Assembly (NCBI GenBank): GCA_015680685.1
Contig: MNCI01002152.1
Location: 249,344-313,343, forward strand
Direction: 5' to 3'
Origin: Gnetum montanum
Taxonomy: Eukaryota; Plantae; Gnetophyta
Length of the DNA stretch: 64,000 nucleotides
Made by a program: the position numbers and the translations under genes. The notes under the pieces are model-generated. The model saw only the letters and a program-made list of their open reading frames with translations, made no database searches and was not told where the DNA came from. Shown here piece by piece: positions 62,748 to 64,000 of this stretch. How positions within the stretch are numbered: the first letter of the stretch is position 1; every line of letters begins with the position of its first letter.

Positions 62748-63577
62748 TGATGAATCATCACCAATGGGATGTGTTGATAGGCATGCTTCAACGCATTCTC
62801 ATCAATGCATGATTTGATGCATCAATGTGGTGTTTGAGTATACCTATATAAATGCATGTACCCATCACATTTATGGCATCATTAAGTCCATTGCTTAGGG
62901 AAGTTCTTATAGTTTGTTTTCTCAACAATTAGAATATTTTCTAAGTACCCGCAATAAGAGTGAATAAGTGTATAGATCCTTATTCGAGCATTGATGTACC
63001 TGGACACTTTGGTGTGACGAGAATAAAGACCAACTTCTTGAAATACCTTGTAGCATTTAGAGATAGCTTAATGTTTACTTTAATGCACTTTTTTATTCAT
63101 GTAATTTACTTCAATGCCCATTAGTTAATCAAATAAGATTAATTAATTGAAATAAGTATAACCACCTCAAACATAATGTTAATGCTTGTTAATTCTAGCA
63201 GTGACTCACACTTGGTAACCTAGCAACATTATAATGCATTCAAGATGTGTATAGTAGGTGGGGCTAGATGTTTATGTTTAGAAATAGCTTAAGGCATTAC
63301 ATAGTTTATTAGATTAATTAATAATTAATTACTTTGTTTTAAACTTAGGGTAAAATAGATAAAAAATATAAACTTATATAAATCATGTGTCTTAGTTACA
63401 CTTAACCATATAGTTGTACTTATACAAGTGAAACTAAGAAAACAATGATTGTGTGCCTAGATTCACTATCTTAGATAATGTACATTTAGAGAGCTAAAGT
63501 CTATAGAATTTGACCAGATTGTGTGTGAACACTTGTAATTCATATGATTGGGCATAGGATATACTCGTTTCTCATCA
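62748..63577 (+). repeat. 3' LTR of B
   Basis: PPT-like sequence 62712-62747; TGATG...CTCATCA termini. Confidence 0.92.
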
Positions 63578-63582
63578 CAACT

Positions 63583-64000
63583 CCAAGCATCTCCCCTATG
63601 GCCTACCTTATCAAATAGTGGTGAATGGTATTTAGGAGAAACCTACCAATTTTGGTAGAAAAAAAGTAGATGCTACAGTGAAAATTAAAGAGTCTCTATG
63701 TCATACTTAGTAGAGGAAATTGCTAAGGCCCTCAACATTCCAAATGAAGGAGCCAATGTGACACAAATTTCAACCAATTTAGACACCAATGCCAAGAGAT
63801 TATGGTTGCAAATGAAATACAACAAAGAAGACAAAGACTTGAGTGAACTCTCAATTAAAGAAAATATTTACTTCAATATTGGGACCTATCAATTATTTTC
63901 AACTAAAAGGCTTTAAAAAATTTCAACATATGTGACTAGAGGAAGTGCAATTTTAATTGGAAAATTTAATGTCAACATCATCCATTTGTTCTTCCTTGAA
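63583..64000 (+). pseudogene. Continuation of ORF2 of E
   Basis: SGEWYLGETYQFW motif; ORF 63698-63916 is homologous to A ~4520-4750. Confidence 0.8.

Larger units (their letters stand above)
47935..63577 (+). mobile_element. Complete Athila-like element B (~10.5 kb net): LTR-PBS-gag-PR-PPT1-spacer-ORF2-PPT2-LTR, no RT/RH/INT
   Basis: LTRs 47935-48729 and 62748-63577; perfect TSD CAACT (47930-47934 / 63578-63582); PBS TTGGCATTGTTGCTAGGGA 48730-48748. Confidence 0.92.
22366..64000 (+). mobile_element. Athila-like element E (gag-PR, spacer, ORF2; no RT/RH/INT), split by insertions D, C and B; runs off the window
   Basis: Pieces 22366-25007, 37416-37555, 43602-47934 and 63578-64000 join into continuous gag-PR and ORF2 homologous to B. 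Confidence 0.82.

Noticed and set aside
1-64000. Host genes among the many 60-100 aa ORFs
   Set aside because: Nearly all fall inside retroelement parts, and none shows a recognisable host domain or exon structure.

Overview
This window is plant heterochromatin made almost entirely of nested, degenerate LTR retrotransposons. No host protein-coding gene, rRNA or CRISPR array is supported. Most stops are TAG/TAA/TGA, as expected from CG/CHG methylation decay. Left to right: (1) a minus-strand Tat-clade fragment with aRH directly before INT (1-3018); (2) the 3' half of Athila-like element A, inserted into the 5' LTR of a Tekay chromovirus (8128-17668), whose gag carries an unrelated solo LTR; (3) a Copia gag fragment, an Athila-like solo LTR and the env-like ORF of copy F; (4) Athila-like element E (22366 to beyond 64000), which shares an LTR with F and hosts a full-length Tat element D with aRH before RT (25008-37415), a minus-strand mini Athila-like element C (37556-43601) and Athila-like element B (47935-63577, perfect CAACT TSD); (5) inside B, a Tekay solo LTR nested in another Tekay solo LTR. 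The main observation is the Athila-like family. The three copies whose gag region is present (B, C, E) lack RT/RH/INT, but the family keeps a ~950-codon env-like/coiled-coil ORF2 with its own TATA promoter and 5'-UTR intron. Both the LTR promoter and the ORF2 promoter carry 14-bp-phased arrays of a CG-rich 8-bp palindrome whose type tracks with the element. A gymnosperm-like host is inferred, not shown. All alignments were made by eye, so boundaries may be off by a few bases.
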